This document shows, in pieces, positions 9,195 to 20,861 of a stretch of DNA of 24,006 bases. The translations under genes were made by a program, and so were the position numbers. Position 1 is the first letter of the stretch. Each line of letters opens with the position of its first letter. The notes under the pieces were generated by a model. That model did no database searches. It was not told the DNA's origin and saw only the letters and a program-made list of their open reading frames with translations. The DNA comes from Myxococcales bacterium (lineage in GTDB: Bacteria; Myxococcota; Myxococcia; Myxococcales; Anaeromyxobacteraceae). The stretch covers positions 1 through 24,006 of the forward strand of contig JBBQEB010000049.1 of the NCBI GenBank assembly GCA_038320275.1, in the 5' to 3' direction.

Positions 9195-11132
9195 ATGACC
9201 TTCACCGAGGCCGCAGTCGAGGTGCTCAGGCTCGAGGGAAAGCCGCTTCATTTCAGGAAGATTGCCGAGATCGCGGTCCGGGAGAGCCTGCTCGATCACG
9301 TGGGCAAGATCCCCGAGGACGTGATGGGCGGTCAGCTCGCGAATCACTGTCGGCTCCCGTCCGCCGACCGCAAGGTGGGGGTGGTCCAGTCCGGCACCTT
9401 CGCGCTCATGGAATGGGGACTCGACGAGGACCCGAGCGGGCTCGCGGGCATGCTGGAGCCGCCGGTGGAGGACCCGATCCCCTACCGCCCGCGCGAGCGC
9501 CACCCCATCCCGTCCCGCGACATGGCCCGCACCAGCGGGCGGAGCGAGGCTCGCCCCCGACCGCGCCGCGAGGAGGTGGAGGAGCGGCGCGTCCGTCGCT
9601 ATCCGCCGCCCGCCGAGGTGGCCTACGAGATCCTGGCTGGCGCCGACCACCCGCTCACCCTGGCCGAGGTTGCAGCCCAGGGGGCGGTGCGGCTCCTCAT
9701 GCCGGAGGCGTTCGTCCGCGAGGGGTCCGCCCTGGCCGCGGCGCTGGTGGAGGACAACCGCCGCCGCGAAGGCGCCGGGCGGCGCCCGCTGTTCACGCTC
9801 GACGGCGACAGCGTATCCCTCGCAGTGCAGCCAGAGCCGGGCGAGCGGCCCGCCGCGGTAACACCGCCCGCCGCCGTCCGGGCGGTCTCCACGCCCGCGG
9901 ACCTGCGCAGGCTGGGGCTCCTGGCGCTCCGGCGCCGCCTTTCGGAGTCGGACCCGGCGACGGTGGAGCACGTGGTGGCGAAGCTCCTCGAACGCATGGA
10001 GCTGCGCGAGGTCAAGGTGGCGAAGCGCGGTCGCGACCACGTCGTGTACACGGCCCGCCGCCGCATGGGGCTGGGCGACGTGCGCCACTGCATCCGCATC
10101 CTCCGTGGCGGCGGCGAGGCGGGCCGCAGGGACGTCCAGGAGGTGCGCCGCGACGTGGGCAGTCACGGCGCCCAGATCGGCGTCGTGGTGTCGGCGGGAG
10201 ACGCGGCTCGCGATGCGCGCAGCGAGGCGACCGCCCCTGGACAGCTCCCCGTGTTGCTCCTGTGCGGCGAGGCGCTGGCGGAGGCGCTTGCCGAGCTGGA
10301 GCTGGGGGTGCGGTTGGTCTCGGTCCCGGAAGTGGACGACGCCTTCTTCAAGGCCGCCGCCGAGGCGGCGGGAGACGAGGAATCGGCGCGGCGGCCCCGC
10401 CGCGACGACCGCGAACGGCGCGACGGGCGAGAGGCCCCGCAGCCGCAGCGCGCTGCATCGCCGGACGGCGCTCGCCGGGAGGTGCGCTCCGGGCGCAGCG
10501 GCGAGGAGGATCTCGACGAGATGGAGCTGTTCCCCGTGGCGACCGTGCCGGCGCCGCGCGCGGTGGAGGTCGCCGCCAGCGACGAGGGCGAGGACGACGA
10601 CGAGGACGAGGGGGATGAGGACGACGGGAGCATCACCGTCGACGCCAGCAGCGCCGGCGCCGATGGCCCCGAGGTCGAGGGCGCGGGGGCAGCCGAGGGC
10701 GACCGCTCCGACCCGCGCCGCAAGCGTCGCCGCCGGCGCAGGCGGGGAGGGAGAGGGCGGGCCCGCGAGGGCGGCGCGGCTGCGTCGTCCGACCTGGTCG
10801 TTCCGGTTGCGGGCCAGGTCGCGGGCGGGGGAGAGCTCGAAGCGCCCCCTGCCGCCACCCCGGAGAGCGGCGCCGGGCCCGGCGACGAGCTGGCGGAGCC
10901 CTCCGCCGAGAGCCTACCGGTCGAGGTGAGGTCGGGGAGTGACGAGCCGCGCCCCGATCCCGAGCCGGCGCTCCGATCCGATCCCCACCCCGCACCCCTT
11001 CCGGTGAGTGCCGCCCCCGCAGAGGAGCCGGGGAGCACGGGGAGGCCCACCTCGGCCGACCCAACCCACGAGCCCGAGCCCAGCCCCGGGTCGTCGGCAG
11101 GGGCTCCCGGGGGGACGGAGGCCGATCGCTGA
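9195..11132 (+). CDS. HARE-HTH domain protein with a second wHTH-like segment, degenerate Mrr-like domain and disordered acidic/Arg-rich tail (645 aa)
   Basis: N-terminus MTFTEAAVEVLRLEGKPLHFRKIAEIA...GTFALMEW is HARE-HTH-like; DPATVEHVVAKLLERM...GRRDVQEVR...IGVVVS...LLCGEALAEAL follows the Mrr_cat pattern; AAGGGA RBS. Confidence 0.8.
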   Translation: MTFTEAAVEVLRLEGKPLHFRKIAEIAVRESLLDHVGKIPEDVMGGQLANHCRLPSADRKVGVVQSGTFALMEWGLDEDPSGLAGMLEPPVEDPIPYRPRERHPIPSRDMARTSGRSEARPRPRREEVEERRVRRYPPPAEVAYEILAGADHPLTLAEVAAQGAVRLLMPEAFVREGSALAAALVEDNRRREGAGRRPLFTLDGDSVSLAVQPEPGERPAAVTPPAAVRAVSTPADLRRLGLLALRRRLSESDPATVEHVVAKLLERMELREVKVAKRGRDHVVYTARRRMGLGDVRHCIRILRGGGEAGRRDVQEVRRDVGSHGAQIGVVVSAGDAARDARSEATAPGQLPVLLLCGEALAEALAELELGVRLVSVPEVDDAFFKAAAEAAGDEESARRPRRDDRERRDGREAPQPQRAASPDGARREVRSGRSGEEDLDEMELFPVATVPAPRAVEVAASDEGEDDDEDEGDEDDGSITVDASSAGADGPEVEGAGAAEGDRSDPRRKRRRRRRRGGRGRAREGGAAASSDLVVPVAGQVAGGGELEAPPAATPESGAGPGDELAEPSAESLPVEVRSGSDEPRPDPEPALRSDPHPAPLPVSAAPAEEPGSTGRPTSADPTHEPEPSPGSSAGAPGGTEADR

Positions 11133-11148
11133 TCTCGCCGGGCGCCCC

Positions 11149-12045
11149 GTGAGTCACCCCGCCACTCGGCGGGCGCGCGCGGCCCGCTTCGCGCCGGCGC
11201 TCGCCGCGATGCTGGCCGTGACGGCGTGCGCCTGCGGCTCGGGGTACGCGGTCGATCGGGTGCTCGTCGCCGACACCGATGCATCGGTTCAGCTCGCCGC
11301 CGCGGGGATGTCGCGCGACGATGTGCGGGCGGCTGCCTCGCGCATCTTCGAGTCCGCTCCGGGCTTCGGGCGGGGTGGGCTGCTCGCCCGTCGGCGGCAC
11401 GTGGTGGCGCAGGTGGTCGTGCAGCGAGCGGAACTGTTCGAGGGAGCCGGCGCCCCTGCCGTGGCGGAGGTCGCGCTCGCCATCGAGCTCTCCTCCCGCG
11501 ACGGGCCGGCCGTGCGCGAGACCGCTCGCGCGCTGGAGCGCGTGTCGCGGGAGAGCGGCCCGCGCGCCGCGCTCCAGGGAGCCGCCGACCGCGCCCTCCG
11601 GTCCGCGGCCCGCGGCTTCACGCTTCAGCTCGCGGCCGAGGGAAAGCGCCTCGGCGCATTGCGGGCCGACCTGCGCTCGCCGGATCCCGAGGTGCGGGAA
11701 CGCGCCGTCCGGGTCCTCGCGGAGCGCGGGGCGCGCGAGGCGGTCCCGGACCTCGTGGAACGGCTCCGGGACCAAGACCCGGAGGTGGTAGAGCGAGCCG
11801 TGGGCGCGCTGGCGCAGCTCGGCGACCCGCGGGCCGTCCCGGCCCTCATCGACCTCTCCCGCCGGCGCGAGCCCTCCTTCGTGGCCCAGATGGCCCGCGT
11901 GGTCGGCGACCTGGGCGGCTCCGACGCCGAGGCGTGGCTCGGGACGCTGGAGGCGGGGCACCCGGAGGCCCGCGTCCGGACCGCGGCTCGGCTCGCGCTC
12001 GCGGATATCCGCGCGAGGGGAGGGGCAGGGTCCCGGGCGCGCTGA
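11149..12045 (+). CDS. Putative lipoprotein with C-terminal HEAT/PBS-lyase repeats
   Basis: Basic then hydrophobic N-terminus ending LAVTACAC (lipobox-like); LRSPDPEVRERAVRVLA, LRDQDPEVVERAVGALAQLGDPRAVPALI; start GTG inferred. Confidence 0.75.
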   Translation: MSHPATRRARAARFAPALAAMLAVTACACGSGYAVDRVLVADTDASVQLAAAGMSRDDVRAAASRIFESAPGFGRGGLLARRRHVVAQVVVQRAELFEGAGAPAVAEVALAIELSSRDGPAVRETARALERVSRESGPRAALQGAADRALRSAARGFTLQLAAEGKRLGALRADLRSPDPEVRERAVRVLAERGAREAVPDLVERLRDQDPEVVERAVGALAQLGDPRAVPALIDLSRRREPSFVAQMARVVGDLGGSDAEAWLGTLEAGHPEARVRTAARLALADIRARGGAGSRAR

Positions 12046-12134
12046 CCGCTCCACCCCGCGCTCCGCGATCCCGCCCCGGCGGTGCGCCGTTCGGCTGTAC
12101 TATCTCGCCGGGCGCGAAACGGGGGGTCGAGAGC

Positions 12135-13466
<1,332 letters not shown>

Positions 13467-13486
13467 GCGCCTCCCGAGCCCGAGCC

Positions 13487-13897
13487 ATGGTCTCCCTCTC
13501 CCTGCGCGTGATCTACGGCGACACCGACCAGGCGCGAGTGGTGTACTACGCCAACTACCTCCGCTTCTTCGAGGCGGGCCGGGCGGAGCTCATCCGCGCC
13601 AAGGGGCTGCGCTACGCCGATTTCGAGGAGCGCCACGGCCTCCTGCTCCCGGTGGCGGAGGCGGCGGTGCAGTACCGCCAGCCCGCCCGCTACGACGACC
13701 TCATCACCGTGGAGACCTCGCTCGTGGAGGCGCGGCGTGCCTCCGCCCGCTTCGACTACCGCGTGCTGCGCGACGGCGCATTGCTCGCCACCGGACACAC
13801 CGTGCACGCCTGCGTGGACGCGCAGGGGCGCGTGCGCCGCATGCCGGCCGAGCTCGTCGCACAGCTCGCGGCCGGGGAGCCGTGCGCCGCGTCTTGA
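13487..13897 (+). CDS. YbgC/FadM-family acyl-CoA thioesterase (hot-dog fold)
   Basis: RVIYGDTDQARVVYYANYLRFFEAGR, PARYDD. Confidence 0.9.
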   Translation: MVSLSLRVIYGDTDQARVVYYANYLRFFEAGRAELIRAKGLRYADFEERHGLLLPVAEAAVQYRQPARYDDLITVETSLVEARRASARFDYRVLRDGALLATGHTVHACVDAQGRVRRMPAELVAQLAAGEPCAAS

Positions 13898-13912
13898 CCC
13901 GAGGGGGAGCTC

Positions 13913-14878
13913 ATGGACAGGAACCTCGCGCTGGAATCGGTCCGCATCACGGAGGCGGCCGCGCTCGCCTCGGCCCGGCTCATGGGCCGCGGCGATCGCA
14001 ACGGGGCCGACCGCGCCGCTGTGGAGGCGATGCGCAAGGCCTTCGGTTCCCTCGCCATCCAGGGGCTGGTGGTGATCGGGGAGGGCGAGCGCGACGAAGC
14101 CCCCATGCTCTACATTGGAGAGCGGCTGGGCCGCTGCGCCGAGGGCGACGTCGAGGTGGAGATCGCGGTCGACCCGCTGGAAGGGACGAACCTCTGCGCG
14201 ACCGGCGCCCCCAACGCCTGCAGCGTCATCGCCATGGGTCCCAAGGGCTCGCTGCTGCGCGCGCCCGATACTTACATGGACAAGATCGTGGTGGGCCCGC
14301 GCGCCCGCGACGTCATCGATCTCGCCCGCAGCCCCACCGAGAACGTGCGGGCGGTGGCGGACGCGCTCGGCAAGTACGTCGAGGAGGTCACGGTGGTGGT
14401 CATGGAGCGGCCCCGCCACGACGACCTGGTGGCGGAGCTTCGCGCCGCGGGGGCCCGCATCAAGCTCATCTCCGATGGCGACGTCGCCGCGGCCATCCAC
14501 ACCTGTTTCCCGGAGACGGGGGTCGACATGCTCATGGGCATCGGCGGTGCGCCCGAGGGCGTGATCAGCGCCGCCGCGGTGCGCTGCGTGGGCGGCGGAG
14601 TGCAGGGCCGGCTCGCCTGGCGGAACGAGGACGAGAAGGCCCGCGCGCGGGGGATGGGGATGAAGGACCTCCACAAGATCATGACAGCGGAGGAGATGGC
14701 GGCGGGCGACGTCATGTTCGCCGCCACCGGCGTCACCCACGGCGACTTCCTGCGGGGCGTCCGCTACACCCGAGAAGGCGCGCACACCCACTCGCTCGTG
14801 ATGCGCTCACGGACGGGAACGGTGCGCTACGTGGAGACGCGTCACCAGTTCCAGCGCAAGCCGAACCACGGCTGGTAG
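13913..14878 (+). CDS. glpX: Class II fructose-1,6-bisphosphatase
   Basis: VVIGEGERDEAPMLYIGE, AVDPLEGT, APDTYMDK, ISDGDV, GIGGAPEGV, FAATGVT. Confidence 0.96.
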   Translation: MDRNLALESVRITEAAALASARLMGRGDRNGADRAAVEAMRKAFGSLAIQGLVVIGEGERDEAPMLYIGERLGRCAEGDVEVEIAVDPLEGTNLCATGAPNACSVIAMGPKGSLLRAPDTYMDKIVVGPRARDVIDLARSPTENVRAVADALGKYVEEVTVVVMERPRHDDLVAELRAAGARIKLISDGDVAAAIHTCFPETGVDMLMGIGGAPEGVISAAAVRCVGGGVQGRLAWRNEDEKARARGMGMKDLHKIMTAEEMAAGDVMFAATGVTHGDFLRGVRYTREGAHTHSLVMRSRTGTVRYVETRHQFQRKPNHGW

Positions 14879-14886
14879 GAGGTCGA

Positions 14887-15336
14887 ATGGCGAACAGCGT
14901 GTCCCGCGAGATCCTGATCCAGGTCCCCCCGTCGAAGCTGTACGAGATCATCACCGATTACGACCGCTATCCCGAGTTCGTGCCCGCCGTGAAGGCGTGC
15001 CATGCCCGGCGCACGGGCAGCACCGTCGACGTCGAGTACGAGCTCGACCTCGGGGTGAAGAAGATCAAGTACGTCCTGCGCCACGTCGAGGAGCCGCCCC
15101 ACCGCGTCACCTGGTCGCTCGTCTCGGGGAACTGGATGAAGGTGTCCACCGGCTCCTGGGAGCTGTCCCTGGAGGGCGGCGCGACCCGCGCCCGCTACAC
15201 GGTGGCGATCCAGGTCGCGAAGCCGCCGCTCGTGCCGCAGTCGGTCGTCGACCGCGTGAGCGACGAGCTCACCCGCGTTCAGCTCCCGCGCACGCTGGAG
15301 GCCTTCAAGGCGCGCGCGGAGGCGAAGGGCGCCTGA
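14887..15336 (+). CDS. SRPBCC/START (polyketide cyclase/RatA-like) family protein
   Basis: LYEIITDYDRYPEFVP, WSLVSG, GSWEL; AGGAGG RBS. Confidence 0.88.
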   Translation: MANSVSREILIQVPPSKLYEIITDYDRYPEFVPAVKACHARRTGSTVDVEYELDLGVKKIKYVLRHVEEPPHRVTWSLVSGNWMKVSTGSWELSLEGGATRARYTVAIQVAKPPLVPQSVVDRVSDELTRVQLPRTLEAFKARAEAKGA

Positions 15337-15503
15337 AGAAGGCGCGCGCCGGACCTGGGGTCCCCGGCACCTTGTGAGCGTGGTGCCACTCCGTGCCCAT
15401 ATCGCTCACCTTGCCGGTGCGGGCGGTCGGCCCTCTGGCAAGGTTCTGGCGCCCCGGCCGCTTCGGTTGTTAGATCCATGGTGGAGGCGGGCGGTGCGGG
15501 CAG

Positions 15504-15519
15504 CGGAACGCCGCTTGCA
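15504..15519 (+). promoter_or_regulatory. Putative sigma54 (-24/-12) promoter
   Basis: CGGAACG-CCGC-TTGCA, GG-N10-GC spacing, close to TGGCACG-N4-TTGCW; predicted start ~15530, just before the RBS. Confidence 0.55.
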
Positions 15520-15542
15520 ACCGGAAGCGGTGGGAGACCTTC

Positions 15543-15725
15543 ATGCTGGACGCCTTCATCATCGAGGAGATCAGGCGCCGCGACGGCGAGCGCACGGTCG
15601 ATGAACGCCCGGTGGTGCAGCTCCCCGTCCCCATGCCGCTTCCTCGCCGCCCGTACGAGCGCGACGAGGACGACGGCCGCGAGCGCGACCGCGGTGGCGT
15701 CGTCATCATCGACTACATGAACTGA
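15543..15725 (+). CDS. Small hypothetical protein (60 aa)
   Basis: GGGAG RBS, GC3-rich codons, protein-like ends MLDAFIIEEIRRR and GGVVIIDY; fills an otherwise empty intergenic gap. Confidence 0.75.
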   Translation: MLDAFIIEEIRRRDGERTVDERPVVQLPVPMPLPRRPYERDEDDGRERDRGGVVIIDYMN

Positions 15726-17132
<1,407 letters not shown>

Positions 17133-17162
17133 GATCGTCGCGCGGAGAGCCCGCGCCCCGCG

Positions 17163-18606
<1,444 letters not shown>

Positions 18607-18618
18607 AACGGGGCTGTG

Positions 18619-19014
18619 CCCTTCGAGTTTGCGCCGTGGGCGCTGCGCTCGGAGCGAGCGGGAAGAGTGCTTGTCCGTGGGCACGAGCCGCGGCGAGCCG
18701 GGAATCCCCGGAGGCCCCGTTGCGGAGCCGCGACGCTCGCGCTCGCATGAGCGCCGAGGCGCGCCAGGCGGACCTCGTCCGCGCGGCCCACTGTCTGAAA
18801 GAGCGTGCCGTCGGCGACGCGGCCGCTACCAGCGCCGGTAGCGAGCGAGTTTGGGCCGCGCGGCACCCGCGAGCACCCGCGCGCGCGCCTCGGCCACGCG
18901 CTCACTCGCCCCGCGGCGGAGCCGGGCCGTAGGGGAATCCCCGGCCGCCGGGCGATACGTGATGCGGGGATCCACGCGGGCTCCCCTTCGACTCTGCGCG
19001 TCAGCGCTGCGCTC
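18619..19014. repeat. Two imperfect ~32-bp REP-like direct repeats (18619-18650, 18984-19014) flanking a long imperfect inverted repeat (18691-18950)
   Basis: CCCTTCGAGTTTGCGCCGTGGGCGCTGCGCTC vs CCCTTCGACTCTGCGC-GTCAGCGCTGCGCTC (27/32); nested perfect 11-12-bp helices in between. Confidence 0.6.
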
Positions 19015-19075
19015 CAGCTCCGCGCGAGAACTTCTCACAGAGCTGGAGGGGAGTGAGGTCGGTGGCCTCAGCTCC

Positions 19076-19477
19076 TCACGACTTCTTGCCGCTCTCCGTC
19101 TTCTTGCCGGCCTTGATCCATCCGTCGATCCCGTCCGGCATCACGTACACCTTCGCGTAACCGAGCTTGGCCGCCCGCCGGGCGGCCTCATGACTCGCCA
19201 TTCAATGAGGGTTCTTGCAGTAGAAGACGAGGCGCGTGCCCTTGTCCTGCGGCAGCGCGCGCGCGACCGCCGAGAGGTCCGTCCAGGTCGCGCCGGGCAG
19301 ATGGGCCTTGGCGTAGACCTCCTCCGTGTTGGCGTCGATGACCTTCACGTCCGGCGCGTTCAGCATCGTCTCGACCTCGCCCACGCTCAGCATGGCGAGA
19401 TCGTCTCCCCCTCGCGCCGGCATGGCCGCCGCGAGGAGCCCAGCGGCGAGCGCCAGGCCTGTTATCCGGCTCATCAT
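19076..19477 (-). CDS. Exported rhodanese-like selenoprotein (133 aa; UGA at 19204-19202 read as Sec92)
   Basis: GGAGGA RBS; signal peptide; IDAN, HLPGA, LVFYCKNPH-UGA-MASHEAARRAAKLGYAKVYVMPDGIDGWIKAG completes the rhodanese fold; next in-frame stop 19078-19076. Confidence 0.85.
19162..19197 (-). promoter_or_regulatory. Bacterial SECIS-like stem-loop
   Basis: Downstream of UGA: lower stem CGAGU/GCUCG, upper stem GGCCGCCC/GGGCGGCC, apical loop GGC starting at +23. Confidence 0.7.
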
Positions 19478-19616
19478 TCGGGTGTGTCCTCCTGCCTCAA
19501 CGCTAATCGCGCACATCCCAGGGCGCCAGACGCCGCCCCACGGCGCGGTGCGGGCGGCAAGCGCCTCGGGCGAGCCGAGGAGGGGGGGGCGCGAAGCGAC
19601 GGACGGAGGCGAGCGC

Positions 19617-20747
19617 TCACTGCACGGCAGCGGCGAGCTCGTCCGGGCGGCGGAGCGAGTGCAGCAGGCGATCGTCCAGGGAGAGGAAGGCCTTCACGCA
19701 ATCGGGGTCGAACTGCGTCCCGGAACAGCGCGAGATCTCACCGCGCGCCTTCTCCAACGACCCGCCCTTGCGATACGGCCGGTCGCTCGTCATCGCGTCG
19801 AGCGTGTCGGCGATGGCGAAGATGCGGGCGCCCAGCGGGATGGCCTCGCGGGCGAGGCCCCGCGGATAGCCGCCCCCGTCGTAGCGCTCCTGGTGGGAGA
19901 GGACGATCTCCGAGGGCGCGTGCAGGAACGGGACGGACGCGAGGATGGTGTGGCCGGTCTGCGGGTGGCGGCGCATCTCGTGCCACTCGGCATCCACCAG
20001 GCGGGCGGGCTTGAGGAGGATGGCGTCGGGCACGCCCACCTTCCCGATGTCGTGGAGGAGCGCGCCGCGGGCGATGTCCGGCCGATCGGCCGCGGGGATG
20101 CCCATCTCGTCGGCGATGGCGAGGGTGTAGCGGACCACCCGCTGGGAGTGGTCGGCGGTCTCGTGCTCCCGCGCGTCGAGCGCCGCCACCAGCGCGTACA
20201 GGGTGCTCGCGTAGGCCGCCTCCACGTCGCGCAGCGCCTGCGAGAGCTCGGCGGTCTTCTCGCGCACGCGTCGCTCGAGGCTCGTCCGGTAGCGCTGGCG
20301 GGCGAGCTCCAGCCTCCGCTTCGCCAGCGCGCGCTCGATGGCCCGCACGAGGTCGGTGAGGCGGGGCGGCTTGAGGAGGTAGTCGGCGGCGCCTCTGCGC
20401 AGGCACTCCACCGCTGCCTCGGTGTCCCCGAAGGCGGTCAGCATGATGATGGCCGTGGAGGGCTGCTCCGCCCGCACGCGCTCGAGCAGCCACAGGCCGT
20501 CCCGCCCCGGCATCTTCATGTCGGAGATGACGAGGTGGAACTCGTCCTCGCGGAGCAGGTCGACCGCGACCTCCGCGGCGCTGGTGGTCGCGCAGACGTA
20601 TCCCTCCTCGCCGAGCAGCACGCCGAGGACGTCGCGGACGGTGGCATCGTCGTCGACGATGAGGATTCGTGTGGGGGAGACCGACTCGTCAGGGCCAGCC
20701 AGGGGCCCGTGGGCGAGGGGCGCGGCAGGCTCGAGGGGCGCGCTCAC
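19617..20747 (-). CDS. Response regulator with HD-GYP cyclic-dinucleotide phosphodiesterase domain (RpfG-like)
   Basis: REC: ILIVDDD, VISDMKMPGRDG, LTAF, YLLKP; HD-GYP: ETADHSQRV, LLHDIGK, HQERYDGGGYPRGL, DAMTSDRPYRK; start GTG inferred. Confidence 0.92.
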   Translation of the reverse strand: MSAPLEPAAPLAHGPLAGPDESVSPTRILIVDDDATVRDVLGVLLGEEGYVCATTSAAEVAVDLLREDEFHLVISDMKMPGRDGLWLLERVRAEQPSTAIIMLTAFGDTEAAVECLRRGAADYLLKPPRLTDLVRAIERALAKRRLELARQRYRTSLERRVREKTAELSQALRDVEAAYASTLYALVAALDAREHETADHSQRVVRYTLAIADEMGIPAADRPDIARGALLHDIGKVGVPDAILLKPARLVDAEWHEMRRHPQTGHTILASVPFLHAPSEIVLSHQERYDGGGYPRGLAREAIPLGARIFAIADTLDAMTSDRPYRKGGSLEKARGEISRCSGTQFDPDCVKAFLSLDDRLLHSLRRPDELAAAVQ

Positions 20748-20755
20748 GTCTGGGA

Positions 20756-20764
20756 ACTCTAGCA
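20756..20764 (-). promoter_or_regulatory. Putative extended -10 promoter (TG-C-TAGAGT) of the HD-GYP gene
   Basis: TGCTAGAGT ends 8 nt before the GTG at 20747; no SD sequence in between. Confidence 0.45.
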
Positions 20765-20861
20765 CGCGGCGCCGCGACGTCACGAAAGGTGCACGGGCGG
20801 GCCCGCGGCTGGCGCAAGGCACCTTGACCGACCGCACCGCCCCCGCTAGATGGCGCACACC

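Noticed and set aside
7632..10166. Apparent long overlap of the 1112-aa (-) and 1166-aa (+) ORFs
   Set aside because: Protein-like content begins at 9068 (-) and 9195 (+); the extensions are stop-poor antisense frames typical of very high GC DNA.
9195..11132. Active type IV (Mrr) restriction or defence system
   Set aside because: Catalytic motif appears degenerate, and there are no neighbouring defence or mobility genes or compositional shift.
15436..15451. Second sigma54-like site TGGCAAGGTTCTGGC
   Set aside because: Correct GG-N10-GC spacing but a poor -12 box; the site at 15504-15519 fits better and this one overlaps an inverted repeat.
19012..19075. Hairpins CTCCAGCTC/GAGCTGGAG and TGAGG/CCTCA as intrinsic terminators
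   Set aside because: Real stems just past the rhodanese stop, but no U-tract on either strand, so not called as terminators.
19202..19516. 104-aa ORF as a truncated rhodanese or pseudogene
   Set aside because: The frame stays intact after the TGA, completes the domain and has a SECIS-like hairpin; recoding explains it better.
19617..20100. cGAMP-selective HD-GYP variant
   Set aside because: The DRPYRK motif keeps the basic residue I associate with c-di-GMP-type enzymes; nothing visible supports altered specificity.
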